Translations under genes and position numbers: made by a program | Origin: Dudresnaya verticillata | Taxonomy: Eukaryota | Assembly: GCA_977862235.1 (NCBI GenBank) | Contig: OZ374564.1 | Location: 806,001 to 870,000 of the forward strand | Direction: 5' to 3' | DNA: 64,000 bases | Shown: one piece after another, positions 31,670-44,480 of the stretch | Numbering within the stretch: position 1 is the stretch's first letter | How the letters are laid out: each line of letters begins with the position of its first letter | The notes under the pieces: model-generated | Database searches by the model: none | What the model was told of the DNA's origin: nothing | Seen by the model: only the letters and a program-made list of their open reading frames with translations

Positions 31670-32702
31670 TGAAAAGGAATATGGAGAGGTTGGAGTTGAA
31701 CAAGATGAGAAATGGAAGTCGCTTGACTTCGTTTACTGCAGTCGACCATCCGACATGGCTTATATCAGCTTTTCGGATGAGTTGCTGCGTGAACACAAAC
31801 AAAACAAATCATTAAAGAAACGCCCAAAATCCCTATCATCAAATGGGCGGGAAAAAGTAAAGCAATTAAATCTACCAAATCATGCTCTCAGCACACTCAC
31901 ATCCGCCACCAAAATGGGCGGGAACTTGCACACCAGTGTTGCTAACTGCTGACATCAGCAATCCCTCTTGCGACCGCATTTCCTGCCATCCATATGTACT
32001 CCAACTTTGGGCGGGAACGTGAAAGTATCGAGTATCCCCGCATGGCTGCTGTCAGACAACACTGCACACCACGTGGCCGCACTTACCAGCTCAAGTCCGT
32101 CCATGAATATCCAACTTGGATCATTGACCACGTAATCACCCAGATTTGCCTACGTGGCAGCTGTAAACCAACGTGTCGGCCGCACGACAGCTACGTGATA
32201 ACTGTAAACCAACGTGTCGGCCGCACGACAGCTACGTGCCAACTGTAAACCAACGTGTCGGCCGCACGACAACTGCATCTCCTGATATCACAAGTCAGGC
32301 TCCACGTAGCGCAAGTCCCTGCAGTACCAACTCGGACGCCATCAGCACATTGCATGGCACGTTCATGTGTACTTGTGGAGTACAGTGCGAGTCATACCAA
32401 CACCATTCCATGCCATACCACGTGCATCCATGTGGTCCAATCAGATCGTTCCACTTGGCCGTTCCTGTTATAACCGCCAATTCCAGCACAACACTTGTAA
32501 GCCATATAGACCATGGAGGCGGTTTGTAACAACCAATCAGAAGCCCGTTTCACGTTGCTTTTGCAAAAGGCCTAAATGCGCCGTGATTTTGGAAGCCCGG
32601 AAAAAGGGCTGTCGTCTCCGGAAGGTTTGGTGAAAGCGTGCCAGGGTGCCATCTGGGGTACCTGACCCGTGACGTGAGGCGCCAGCGACCATGTCCTCAA
32701 CA
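31670..32702 (-). repeat. Third Copia LTR, inverted, 1033 bp (unit 2)
   Basis: TGAAAAGG...CCTCAACA. Confidence 0.95.
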
Positions 32703-33942
32703 GGGGACAAGAATACATCTGACCACAATCTGGAAGCCGACATCCTGAAGTCGTTCAGAATAACCATCAGATGCGGTGGTAGATATTCGACAAGAATGTT
32801 CGCGAGGGTGTTGGGGACCGATACGACGACACACCGTATGGAACGCCTGCATCACAGTCTGGTGCAGGGAAACAGTATGACAACTATATGAGTGATTCTG
32901 AAATATCTGAGCTTGCAGAAATGTGCAGGCAATCCGTTATGCCGGGAGGGTGGGTGTTCATGTTCGTCTCCTCCAGAAATTCGAACCTATAAGGCAGGCT
33001 CTTCTCAAGGCCGGATTCATTTGCCCAACGTACGCCTTTTCGATTGCAAAGGATACACGCACGGTTCAAGAGAGGCGAGGAAATGAATGTCCCCAAAATG
33101 GCCATGAAATTGCCGTCATGGGAAGGGCCCCAGGGCAGCACCCTAAACGCTTCCGAGTGGATTTTCGAAGCCCATACCAATTTGTGAAGGCCTCCGAAAG
33201 GAGAAAGTTTGCATACATGTCCCAAATTCCTGTTTCTAAGAAGAAGCTTCTTAAACCGGGTAGCAAATCTCCGGTGCTTACGGAGGAGAAGAATGTTCAG
33301 CTGTTAGTGGAATTGTTGACGACCTTCTGCCCTGAAGGAGGTGCCATTCTGGACATGTATGCCGGAACGATGACAACTGCAATTGCAGCTATGCAGACTG
33401 GTAGGAAGTGCATCTGCATAGAGCAGAGTCTACAGACGTACAGGCTTGCAGTTGCACGCTTGAAAAGGATAGCAGGTGATCATCGCAAATTGTCGGATGG
33501 GAGGGAAGTAACACCACTGTGCCCTGGTAGAGAGGAACAGGCCCTGGGAGAAGACCAGGGAGCAGCTGTGGAAATTCCGCAACAGAAACTGCTCGGGAAT
33601 GAGGCCGAGAAGGATTCGGATTGTATTGCAGGAGGTGATGCTGTTGTTCTGGAGGTTGGGAAGAACGTTGTTGGGAAGGCAAAAGTCCAATTCGGGGCAA
33701 CTTCTGAAGAAAAAGTTCGCAAGCAGATTCATCTGAAGCAAGTGTCAGAATATGAAAAGGCAGGACAGGAACTCATTGCGGTTTACGCCCTCGAATTTGA
33801 TTCATCCTTTACCACGTTAGCGTATCTGTATATCTTTCATGTTCCGAACGACCGCCCTGCCACGAGCCTAGGTGGGCTAGACGGATTCTTTGAATGGGAT
33901 CTCCATGCGATGGAATCCAACGCGCGATGCGAGCAGAAATGA
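32703..33942 (+). pseudogene. Beta-class N4C/N6A DNA methyltransferase-like gene, frameshifted (unit 2)
   Basis: Copy of 11147-12386 with the same DTPY frame and frameshift. Confidence 0.8.
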
Positions 33943-36900
33943 GATTAAAGCAATGTTGAGCATAAGAATCGTTCGCTTGAATGGTATGCTACGCCAGTGC
34001 GTGGTATCGCAAGCCATAAGCACATGCTGCTCTTCCAAGGAGGCCGTATACTGCCGCCGACAGCAATATCCCTGTAAAAGTCCACAGCGCAAAAGGTGCA
34101 TCCTCGCTCGGTCGCAATTAAGCAGCACGTTTTCCTTCACAAGGATCTGCAGAGTCCCACCAACGCTCTTTTAGCGCATGTGATGAATGTGGAGCGACAC
34201 GGACGATCTGCCAACAAGCCCGAGTGAGACTGCTGCATTCACAGCCCCGGTACCGTAGTACAGGTAGTAGCGTAGCAGCAGTACTGTAGTAGTGAGGCGG
34301 GTCACAGCACTCGAGTGCTGTGACCCGCACAGATATGTGAAACCAGAGCTATAATTTGTAGGTGATTGTACTCGCGCAAGACACTTGCGCTTCGCTGCGG
34401 GACGAGTGTCGGTCGTTCCGAAATTGCTCCAATCGTGTGAAACCCTATCAAAATAATGGAGAATGACCAACAGCTTATCAGAAAGCCGCACGTAAATTTC
34501 TATTAAACAGGTCATGCACATTCCGAGATCTCAAAAGCTATGATAGGTCTTACAAAAATCGAGGCCTCATGTGCTGTTCAATAGCCTTCTGAATCTCACT
34601 GGTCGAAAAGCAATCATAGGTCTTGCGATTGCCTCGGGCCAAACACCTGTTTACTAGAAGCTACGGCTGCTCAAGCCAAGGACCTATTCCGTATTATGGA
34701 GAATGCAAGATAGGTTTTCGGCTCGCGCGGCATAAATCGCTCCGGATTTGTGCTACGAGATTTGTGGCGGAATACCTCTCGTAATTTACCGTCGGCGCAC
34801 CAGAAGCGTTTGGCGCCCGTGCCAACCAAGCGCTTGTGGCATTCACAGTTAATGCTGAACCGACTTTCTGCGCGTGACGTTGCAAAGCGTGCAGCTTCAT
34901 TGGCAGCTTCATCGGCCTTTTCGGCGGCCCGTGGGTTTCTTCTACCGCGCATCACATCGGTAGCAGAACTTGGTGGGGTGGGAGGTTACGGCCGCGGTGG
35001 GGTGGCAGAAGGGTGGGCGGAAGGGCGGGTGCATTCTGCCAAAAGGCGGTGGGTGGGTGTGCCAGGCGGCTGCAATAGGCTGTGGTATCAGTGCAGTGCC
35101 AGGGTGGCTCTCCCTCTCCCTCTCCCGGTCGCCCTGGCATTTGCGCTTCGGTGATTTCGACACGTGCCCTGCTGCATGCAGCGCTGCAGCGAATGGGTGG
35201 TATCGACAATGTTAGTGCGGCGAAGTAGGCCGGCGATCCTGCGGAGAGGTAGTTGCGGGCGGAGGGGGGTGACCTGCATGGCCTGGAAGAGGTGCTTTCC
35301 TCGGACAAGTTCGCGTCACATCATTCAGATCACGTCAGGGTGCCTACTGCGTGCGCACGGGCTACGATTGCGCGTATTCGCGCCCCAGACCCGCCGAGCT
35401 CTCCGCATAAGATCAACCAAGTCTGCTAGCTGTTTATCGAGCAGCTTACTTTTATCGTCTCGCCAAAAGATGACATGGAGGTCTATCGCTTTTCGTCGTT
35501 GGAGCATATGGCAACCGTCATGACTTTTGCAATCTTCCGCGACGATGATGTCATCGGCTGTGAATTTTCTCCCTGCTTTCGCGCATTAAGGCGACAACAT
35601 CACCCATGAAAGCTTGCGCGGTTGTTCTCTAACATCATTGCGTCTCTTGACGACAAGTGCGAGGATCTGAGGGATACATTTCGGGATGCTTCGTTGGCGC
35701 CGTTGGTACCCGTTGGAATAATCATCTTCAACTGTCGAATTAGCGGAGCGCGTTGTCAACGCGAGTGCGAAGGACCTTCAAGTCCCTCTCTGCAACATGC
35801 CGAACGCCTCTGTACGACGAATGAGAAGTTAGAGACGCAATGGTTGTGGCAATTGGCGCGGCAGTTGAGGTCGCGAGCGACGGATTGCTAAATCATCTCG
35901 CAATACAATTGCGAGACCGGGACTATTTGCTACGAAATGCAGCTCGAAGGCAGGTCATTGGTTTCTATAATAGAAAGCTGTTTCTATAATAGAAAGCTGG
36001 GCAGGATATCCAAGCAGCGCAAAAACCAGGAGGGTGGTAATGTTGGTGACTCGCATACTGGAGAAGACGAAGACTTCAGCCTTGCTTTGCCGAAATCTCG
36101 TGACGAATCCGCGTCTAGCATCGATGACAGACTGGAGCGAAGAATCAAAAAGAACAGAAACCCGGGTAATGCGACGTAAGCGGTTGCTTGATGTGCCTGT
36201 TCAAGCACATACAGCACTGAGGAATGCTGGTGACAATGCCACAGCTACGGGTATTGAACACGTCATCGACGAAAAGATTCCAGGTTACAAAAGCAATGAT
36301 GAGCATGTTTCCAGGGTAAGACATGTGCTGCTATGTTCCTTTCAAACCCAGAGGGCAGCTGCTTTGCACACGTTATATCATTATCTCATGAACGGCAAAA
36401 GGTACGTGAAGCATTGGCGGCAATAGGCAACTACCGTCTTGCCTCTAGAAGGACCAAATATCAAGTTGCTCAGAATAGCCTATTCTTTCTCACTAAGTGG
36501 GGATGATATTGCCAACGAAACTAGCGACGTCACCCCGGCTACGTGTTCTAAAGGAAAAGCTACTCCAAATAAGCCTGGTTCTTTAAAGATGGACATTTTG
36601 GACGCCCATGAAGTATGCGAGAAGAATGCTACAGCTGTTGACGGCTATTCCACAGATGGGGATAGGAAATCCGCCCTTCGAGACGCAGTTTCGAGGATTG
36701 GTTCCAAGTGGCCTGTGGACACCTGCTTGCAAGAGCAGGTAATTCCAATATGTCTGCCTGGATTATTTCCGTCTCTCCACTTTATCGCTGCATCTGAGTT
36801 GGCTGTAGGAGATAGCAAGCCGTCTTGTCTCTTTGAACAATCAGAAGCTGGTACTGGTGTTGGTGGGGGTGGGGCAGATTTTCCGACTGCCTTACCCGGC

Positions 36901-39900
36901 GTCTTTCGATAGTATGGCAAGGTATTATACCTTTAAATCGCTCTCAGACACTCCTCTGGGCTCGTTCAATACAATGCGAAAGAGATTTGCGCCATGGTCA
37001 CAACCTCATTGCACTCTTGTAACTCCTGTGGCACGTCGGGAAAGCTCCGAGTATGCACATCTACAGTTACATGAACGGAGCACCGGCTTTGGCGAGCAGA
37101 GCGAGGCGGACGCGGTATGGTAGAGGGGCAGGGCGGAAAGGCGCGCACAACGGCCCGGGCGGTGATGTGCGCGCAGAGAGATTTACTAATGGCGGTTATC
37201 GTGCCATAACGGTTTCGGAGCAGGTCTTTTAGGATTCGGAGCGGGAGGATCGTGGGCTGGCTTGGGCCTCAACGGATGTGATGACAGTTTTCAGGGCAAA
37301 CATTGCCTGCGATAAGGCCAATGTGACACTGCGATGAACTCGGCGAAAGAAACTGCGAACCATGCGCAGAGCCGCTCGCTGCAGATGGGCAACCAATTGA
37401 CTTAGCTCATTCTGAGCGCTCCTAAGTTGCTGGAATTCTTCTTCAAGTTCAACGAGTTGCGCTTCCACATCTTCAAGACTTATGTGTCCGTTTGCATCAC
37501 GATTGTTCGCTACCTTCGGACGCTTCGTTTCTGCGGGCGAGGTGGCGCTGCAAAGCCGCGGTATTTCCCCTTGCTTCGGTAAGTTTCTCCTGGATAAACT
37601 TCAGCAGACGGTATATTTGACACACAACTGGCCACCCTAGTCGTTGAAGCTCGCGCTCCAAATACGATACCGTCTTTCTAATGGTCCCAAACACCTCCCA
37701 TAATTCTGCTATTATCTCCTGAGCGGCGTGCAGCCTCCCGTCTATTGTCTCTTGATAGATGTTGCGCATAGGGGTTCTGGAACGTTCGTCTTACGGCGAA
37801 GTTAAAGTTTGCAAAGGTACTTGACGCCCAGGGCATCCCTTGTTCGTCAACAGGTGCTGTGGCCCCCAGAAGCTCATACATTGACTTTCCTTTCTTGTCT
37901 GCAAGAAAACGTCACGGGGTTTCGAAACGTAAAAATCACCCCAGTCGACTGTCGAGGAGCACTGCTCGGTCCCTCTCGATTCTCTCCCTTATCCTTGACG
38001 CCCATCAATACTACCCGCTTGTACAAAGACGGAAGTCGTACGGCGGAATCGAGCAGTCTGCAGGGCGTACCCTTGCAATACCGAGTACTGCTTCTTGATT
38101 GACACGGACTTGAGATTCGTGACTGTGTCCCTTCTGATTGGTGATCTGGCACGCTCGTCTCTCAAATCACACTGTGGTGTTCGCACTGGCGCTGGAGTGT
38201 ATGGCGGAGTGGAGTGGTGCATACAGAGCGAGAGGAAAGCCCTTCCAATACCAGTCGTTTTAACTGCGATTCGGAGCAGCTCTAGGCATGCGCAAGCCTG
38301 TCATGCAGAATACCCCACCGCCACTGGAACAGTATTATATCGATGTCCTTTCAGAAGCGCCCTCGTCCCTCCCCAATATTTCAGCTCTTCAGAACAAGTA
38401 GCGCACAACTATCGCGCCCTAGCGGGAACATCGATTTTGTTGCTTCACCTCGCCCGCCCTGAGTGCAAGGAGCATCCTGCACGAGTGCATTGCAAAAGGC
38501 TCAGACTCCCCTACCACAAGGGGTGGTAGGACATGGCCCAAGACTCATCTGGGCAGGTTTCGGAAGCAGCAAACGTTCCAGTTCAGAACGAAGACGACTT
38601 CGGCGATGAGCTGCTTCCCGGAACAAAGCCCGGCGCACGAGTCATCTCACTCTCAACGGGGAACACGTTGCTACAGCAACCCTGCTACGACCTCATGATT
38701 TTAAGGAGGGTGCCGTTGATCCCAGTGGTCGATTCACCACATACCTGCACGGGCGCAACCTTGGGCCTCAACAACGTGATGGAGAAGTATGGGTTGTAGT
38801 TCACCTCGTGCGATGCCTCCGCAACTGCAATTCCTACGAAAACCCGTTCCAGTACAAACCAGGCAGTACGCCTTGTCCGGAGACACTGAGTCGAATGCAG
38901 ACTGGAAAACACGCCTGGGACCTATTCCAGATTGAGAACCTCGTAATCATCTACAATACAGAGCGCAGAAAAAGCTCAGGTGCGACTGTATCCGGAGCGG
39001 AAAAACGTGCGGTGGCTGACGCTAACCCACCAACACCCCCTCTGCTCAGGGTTCGCAAATCCGCTCCTCACCCAAAACAGCAGCATGGTGCGGAAGAAAT
39101 GGCAGCGGCGAACAGCCCTTCAACACCACCGCCAGAGAAAGTCAATGAAGAGGAAGATGTCACAAAACGTCTGCAATACACACCTGCACGCCGGCCACCT
39201 ATGCGTGAACGACCCCAGAAACCATTCAAGAGTAACGTCCCGGACGCCTTACCAGTCTCTTCGGCCCCAGTGTCTCTTGAACCCACGACTACACCCGTGA
39301 AAGAGAGAGATCCTCGTGTAGGCGTGACAGACAGTTAGAAGAGAACGAATTTGAGAGAACGCGCTGCGGGAAGGACCCCTGGTACCAAAGCGACCTAAGT
39401 GAACTTGCACAAGTCGAAAGGCGGCTCGTTCGTACTCGGAGTACCCCTGCAAAGGGCGAAACGGCTTGCGGCGGGCTTGGTCCATTGCCTGGCGGCTTTG
39501 GACGAGTGCACACCCTTTCTCAGTCCCCCAACGGGCAGCAGGGACTGAGCCGGTGATCGTCGTTGCGACGCGCCGCGTGGGTCTGAGCGCGCATCAACCC
39601 AACGGAACCTCGGGGCGCAGGCCAGCACTAGAACAACGGTACATCCGGTTTCGGGTGTATCGGTTAAAGAAGAGTGCCTGTGGCCCTCCCGCCAGTGTCC
39701 TTGGGGGCCACGCGACAAGAAAGCTGTGTGTGACCGCTTCTCGGCCTGTGTCACACACGGATCCCCTCGCCTTCTAACGTAAAAACAGTGCTACAGCTGT
39801 TTTTACGGAATCTTGAAGGAGTTGCTTGGGGCGCCAAGGTCAAGAGATCCTGCGCCCAAACCCGTCGGAGGCGCCGGATCTGAGAAGAGAAGGCCCCAAG

Positions 39901-40323
39901 GTCTCCGTGGAGTGCCTGATCGTTCGCATTGGACGACGGGTTCCGGAGTTAGAAGAGGAAGAAGTTCGTCCCCGACAGGCCCTAAGTAGCGGTTACTGGC
40001 GCTTGTCACGGCTCCACTCGCTGAATTTGCCACGTGTAGGCGACGACGGTGGAGCCAGCCTGTCTGATCCAATTCGAATTGGATCTTATCCCAATCTGCT
40101 TCCGTGGAGGCGACCAACCCGATTTCAACACGTGTACATCGTGTACACGTTTCACCCTCAGGGCCACCTCCTGAGCTCATTTCCGAGCTTACTGACACGT
40201 TTCCGACGTGTACACGTCTTCCACGTATTTCACCAAAACGTTCCAGAACATTCTACAAACTTCAAAAAGTTTCCTGAAAATCCCAAAAACAACAGAAAAT
40301 CGCCAAAAAAATCCAAAAACAAC

Positions 40324-41421
40324 ATGAATCCCCCGATGAATCCTCCCATTCCCTCCCCTATTGCTGCGGACAGCCCAATGACGGATCACGATCCTACAGT
40401 GACCGTTTCGAAGAAGGACTGGGACCGCATGATGCACATGCTTGAGACTCTCAGTGCGAATCAAGCCGAGCTAAGCAAGACGCAAGCAGTTCTGGTTGGT
40501 CAGTTAACTCGAGCCAATGACCGCATCCAGGAGCTCGAGGCCGCGAAAGTCCCCCACTCGGATGACGCACCCGCTGCAGCGCCAATTCGACCTGAGCCCG
40601 TTGCTTCTGAGGCCCCACCAGCGGTACGCAAAACCGGCGCTTTTCAGTACAAGATCAAAGCTCCGAAGCCAGCGGCCGCCGCACCTGTGCCGCCTCGTCC
40701 TCAGTCCAACAAGGCTGCCTCCCCGAAAAAGAGTTGGGCACAAATCGCTGCCGCGCCCCGCCCTCGTCTCTCTGACGTCTCCGAGAACTCGCAGGAGGGT
40801 GTCCGCAAGTGCTTAGAGTTGCTCGAAATATCGACTCCGCAGCCGAAGCCGACGGCCGTTTACTTCCGAAATATCAAGCGGGCCCGCCTTGGCAAAGTCC
40901 GCACAGCCTTGAGGTACATGCTTCCTCACCCATGGTCCATCCTCGGTCTTTCCTTCATCGGACAGTCTGTCATTGAAATCGTTTGCCATGAAGGTTTGGT
41001 GGACCAAATTGTCGCCAAGCTGCGCATCATAGGCACAATTCACATCAAGAATTTCGACCTTTTCGGCGAGAACCTGAAGAAGTCGAACGATCGCACCAAG
41101 CAGGATCGTGCAGTTTCCAATCTGGAGAAAGCGCAATCCCGCCTCCAACGGCTGGTGGACACGTGTGTCAACCCAGCTGCCAAGGCTTGGTACACTCAAA
41201 ATCTTCAGAAAGCTGAGCAACGCATTGCCGAAGTGTACAACGTTGCCCATGATGTGGAGTCCTCGGACTCCGAGGACAGCGGATATGATTCTGCGGATCT
41301 TGTTGACGGCACTGCTGACTCGCCTGACTTGTCCGCCGACCCCATGGCCGTCGACACGACCACCCCCGACACCCCCCAAACCGACCCGCACCCGGCGCAC
41401 GAGGCGCCAAGTTCGAATTGA
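40324..41421 (+). CDS. LINE ORF1
   Basis: Copy of 18768-19865 with two amino-acid changes. Confidence 0.8.
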   Translation: MNPPMNPPIPSPIAADSPMTDHDPTVTVSKKDWDRMMHMLETLSANQAELSKTQAVLVGQLTRANDRIQELEAAKVPHSDDAPAAAPIRPEPVASEAPPAVRKTGAFQYKIKAPKPAAAAPVPPRPQSNKAASPKKSWAQIAAAPRPRLSDVSENSQEGVRKCLELLEISTPQPKPTAVYFRNIKRARLGKVRTALRYMLPHPWSILGLSFIGQSVIEIVCHEGLVDQIVAKLRIIGTIHIKNFDLFGENLKKSNDRTKQDRAVSNLEKAQSRLQRLVDTCVNPAAKAWYTQNLQKAEQRIAEVYNVAHDVESSDSEDSGYDSADLVDGTADSPDLSADPMAVDTTTPDTPQTDPHPAHEAPSSN

Positions 41422-44400
41422 GTTGCCGATCTGCACCCTTAGAATCTGAAAAGTTGTCTCTGGCAACGTTTAACGTCCATGGCGTTCAAGGGAAAGAAGC
41501 CGAAGTCGAGGCCTTGGCATCCACCGTCCACATCCTTGGTCTCTGTGAAACCTGGATTCGTCCTCAGGATCTCCGAGCTTCACGGCAATTCGACGAGTCC
41601 GTCTCCGTCGTTCAAGATCATGGTGGGTGGCGCGGACAAGGTGGGGTGGCTCTGAAGGTTGCCCCCCTTGTGAACTACTCTGTGATTCTCCGCCATTCTC
41701 AAATCGACTATCAAGTTTTAGCAATCCGGGTTGGGGGAACCCATATCGCCATGATATACCTCCGCCCCCATCTACAGAAGACCACCTTCTTTGATTGTCT
41801 GGACCGCGTACAGTCCTCCACTCGCGGTAAGACAGTCATCATGGGCGACTTCAATGCCCGTCACACACGTTGGGACACTACTTCGAACCAACATGGTAAA
41901 TGGTTGGTTGAATGGACGACCGCGCACCGTTGGTGCGTCCACGCCCCGCCCTCACCAACGTTTGCAGCTCATCAAGGCACCAGTGCTGTTGACCTCTTCC
42001 TTACTAAGGGTGTTGACATCCCGGATGCCAAAATTCATTCCGGTCTGTGGGATGGCGCCAGTGATCATTCTGCAGTTCGAGCAAACATTGTGGACACCCC
42101 CGTTTACAAACTTGGCATACCCCGCATACCCCAAAGTCAACGTCGCCAGCCGACCTTTCTTCGTCAGGCAGCCGATCTCTATCGTCAAGAGATTCCGAAC
42201 ACTGCCAGTGAAATCACGTCGTGCACAACATCGCAAGAATTGGAGGACGCGTATTCGCGGCTGAAAGCCATGACTTTGCAACCTTGGGAGTCTGCCCGCA
42301 AACATCGTCCCCGTCGTTACAAGTACTTTTGGGACGGGGACCTCGATCATCTGAAGAAATTGCGGTCGAAGAAGTACAAACAAGCCACTCAACTCATGAC
42401 GTCGGAGGCTTGGGAACAGTACAAGACCCTCAATCGACGGGTTCGCGCACTTGTGCATCGCAATAAACGGCGATGCAAGTTGCGTTTGACAGAAGCTCTC
42501 CTGTCCTCCGACCCTACTGATGGTCCCAAAATGGTTAAGGCCGTGCTCCGAAACGCATCCGGCCCACTTGGTTCTCGGAGAGACCAACCAATTGGGAAGT
42601 TGGACCTGGCCAACTTTACAAAACACCTCGCGACAGGGGCTGGAAAAGGACATATTCCGCCCATTGTGCCCTTCGAAACTTCCCGAAACTTCGAATCTCA
42701 CGTTTTCCGTGCTATAGTCAAGGCCAAACCGAAGAAGGCCACAGGCACGGATGAAGTCTTCAGCGAAGCATTCAAGGTCGCCCCAAAGTCCTTTGCGCAT
42801 GTCTTGGGACTCTTTTGGGTGAAATGCAGTCAGCTCGGGTACCTATTGCAAGATTGGCAAACATCCCTGCTGGTGCCAATTTACAAACGGGGTCCCAAAT
42901 CGGACCCAACCAGCTATCGACCGATTGCGCTAGTGTCGCACGGACGACAAATGCTTTCAAAGGCAATCGCGTCTATGATTCGTAAGGAGTACCAGTTTCA
43001 TCCGACTCAGTTGGGGTTCCGTGAGAAAACTGGTACCGAAACCGCCATCTTAAGGCATGCAACCAGCACAAAAGCTGGATTCCGGTACACGGCCGTGCTC
43101 GACTTGAAGTCGGCATACGATACAGTACCCCGCGAGCGGTTGATGTCGAAAGTGAATCAGAAGATGTCACCTACCACGGCGGCAATGGTCGCTCTGGAGT
43201 TACAACCAGCAACAGTAGTTACCAAGGGCGATATCACCGGCACCACTGCAATTGTGTCGCGGGGTGTGCCTCAAGGCGTGTCTTCGAGTCCGACTTTGTA
43301 CAATGTCAACATGGACTCGTATCCTGAGTTCATGGATTTGTCAATGTCGGCCTCCGAAAGTGCTGAAGAAATCGACATTACGATCTTTGCTGACGACGTC
43401 AAGCTCCGATCCAAGACTAGTACCGGCCTCCAAACGGCCTTAGATGCGTCCACGAAATGGGCTGATCTTGAAGGTATGCAGTGGGGAACTTCAAAATGCC
43501 ATGTTTTGGAGCCCGAAAACTGCACCAAACGAGCAATGTACTACCTGAATGGTCAGAAAATTGACGTGGTAGACACTGCAAAGTACCTGGGAGTGACTCT
43601 GAAAGGTACCAAACTGGCACCTGACAAGAATTTGGAACGAGTTAAGGCGGCTCATCAACGCCTAAACTTACTCAAGGCGGTCGGCGTACACCGCAAATAT
43701 GTGCCTAGCGCACGACTTGTGGACATCTGCCGCACGTATATCTACCCAGTTGCGGACTTTAGCACCCATTTGATGCCGATCGACACGGCCGGCAAGTGCG
43801 ATTTGAGTCATCAACTCGAGTTGCTGGACTACAAAGTGGCAGAATTTGCACTTGGGTGCATTGCCAAAGAGCCTATGTGGCCTCGCAGTGGCCGCATCCG
43901 CGGGCGCCTACCACGTCATTTGAAGATGGCCAAGCTGCCGGACTGGTTGCAGCGTATCCGTCTGCGCCTTCGCAGTCTTGGTAAACGCCTCACAAAACGA
44001 GCTCACCGCAACCGTGGCGACGTGCTCGCCATGACAGATATGTTAGAATTCCGAAGTTTCCGGGCGCAGAATAAGAGTCCTCTGGACATGAGGAACCAGG
44101 ATCTCCGTGATTCGTGGGAGGGCCTGTGTCGCCAACGTCGGCGGCGCATTCCAGTTCCCGACTCTGGATTCGTTCCGATTCTACACATTAGGGATCGTAA
44201 GCTGCGAGATGCCGGGATTCGATGGTATTGTGGGTCATTTCCCGGAAAACCGGATGTCCTCAAGACTCGACTTGGTCCCGAGGTCTACAGGTTGCACAAA
44301 GCCCGAATTGAGTCTGCATTGAGTGTGAAGCGTTGGAATGCGGGCGTGCAAGCCCGACTCCTAGATAGTCTGAAGGCATTTCTGGATGTCTTAGATGACC

Positions 44401-44480
44401 AAAACTGTGTTGGTCAGAAGCGCAAACGCGAGGATTTGAGTCCCGTGCACAGAACGACCAAGAAGCGCAAACCAAGTTAG
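41418..44480 (+). CDS. LINE ORF2 (APE endonuclease plus RT)
   Basis: Copy of 19862-22924, uninterrupted. Confidence 0.95.
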   Translation: MSCRSAPLESEKLSLATFNVHGVQGKEAEVEALASTVHILGLCETWIRPQDLRASRQFDESVSVVQDHGGWRGQGGVALKVAPLVNYSVILRHSQIDYQVLAIRVGGTHIAMIYLRPHLQKTTFFDCLDRVQSSTRGKTVIMGDFNARHTRWDTTSNQHGKWLVEWTTAHRWCVHAPPSPTFAAHQGTSAVDLFLTKGVDIPDAKIHSGLWDGASDHSAVRANIVDTPVYKLGIPRIPQSQRRQPTFLRQAADLYRQEIPNTASEITSCTTSQELEDAYSRLKAMTLQPWESARKHRPRRYKYFWDGDLDHLKKLRSKKYKQATQLMTSEAWEQYKTLNRRVRALVHRNKRRCKLRLTEALLSSDPTDGPKMVKAVLRNASGPLGSRRDQPIGKLDLANFTKHLATGAGKGHIPPIVPFETSRNFESHVFRAIVKAKPKKATGTDEVFSEAFKVAPKSFAHVLGLFWVKCSQLGYLLQDWQTSLLVPIYKRGPKSDPTSYRPIALVSHGRQMLSKAIASMIRKEYQFHPTQLGFREKTGTETAILRHATSTKAGFRYTAVLDLKSAYDTVPRERLMSKVNQKMSPTTAAMVALELQPATVVTKGDITGTTAIVSRGVPQGVSSSPTLYNVNMDSYPEFMDLSMSASESAEEIDITIFADDVKLRSKTSTGLQTALDASTKWADLEGMQWGTSKCHVLEPENCTKRAMYYLNGQKIDVVDTAKYLGVTLKGTKLAPDKNLERVKAAHQRLNLLKAVGVHRKYVPSARLVDICRTYIYPVADFSTHLMPIDTAGKCDLSHQLELLDYKVAEFALGCIAKEPMWPRSGRIRGRLPRHLKMAKLPDWLQRIRLRLRSLGKRLTKRAHRNRGDVLAMTDMLEFRSFRAQNKSPLDMRNQDLRDSWEGLCRQRRRRIPVPDSGFVPILHIRDRKLRDAGIRWYCGSFPGKPDVLKTRLGPEVYRLHKARIESALSVKRWNAGVQARLLDSLKAFLDVLDDQNCVGQKRKREDLSPVHRTTKKRKPS

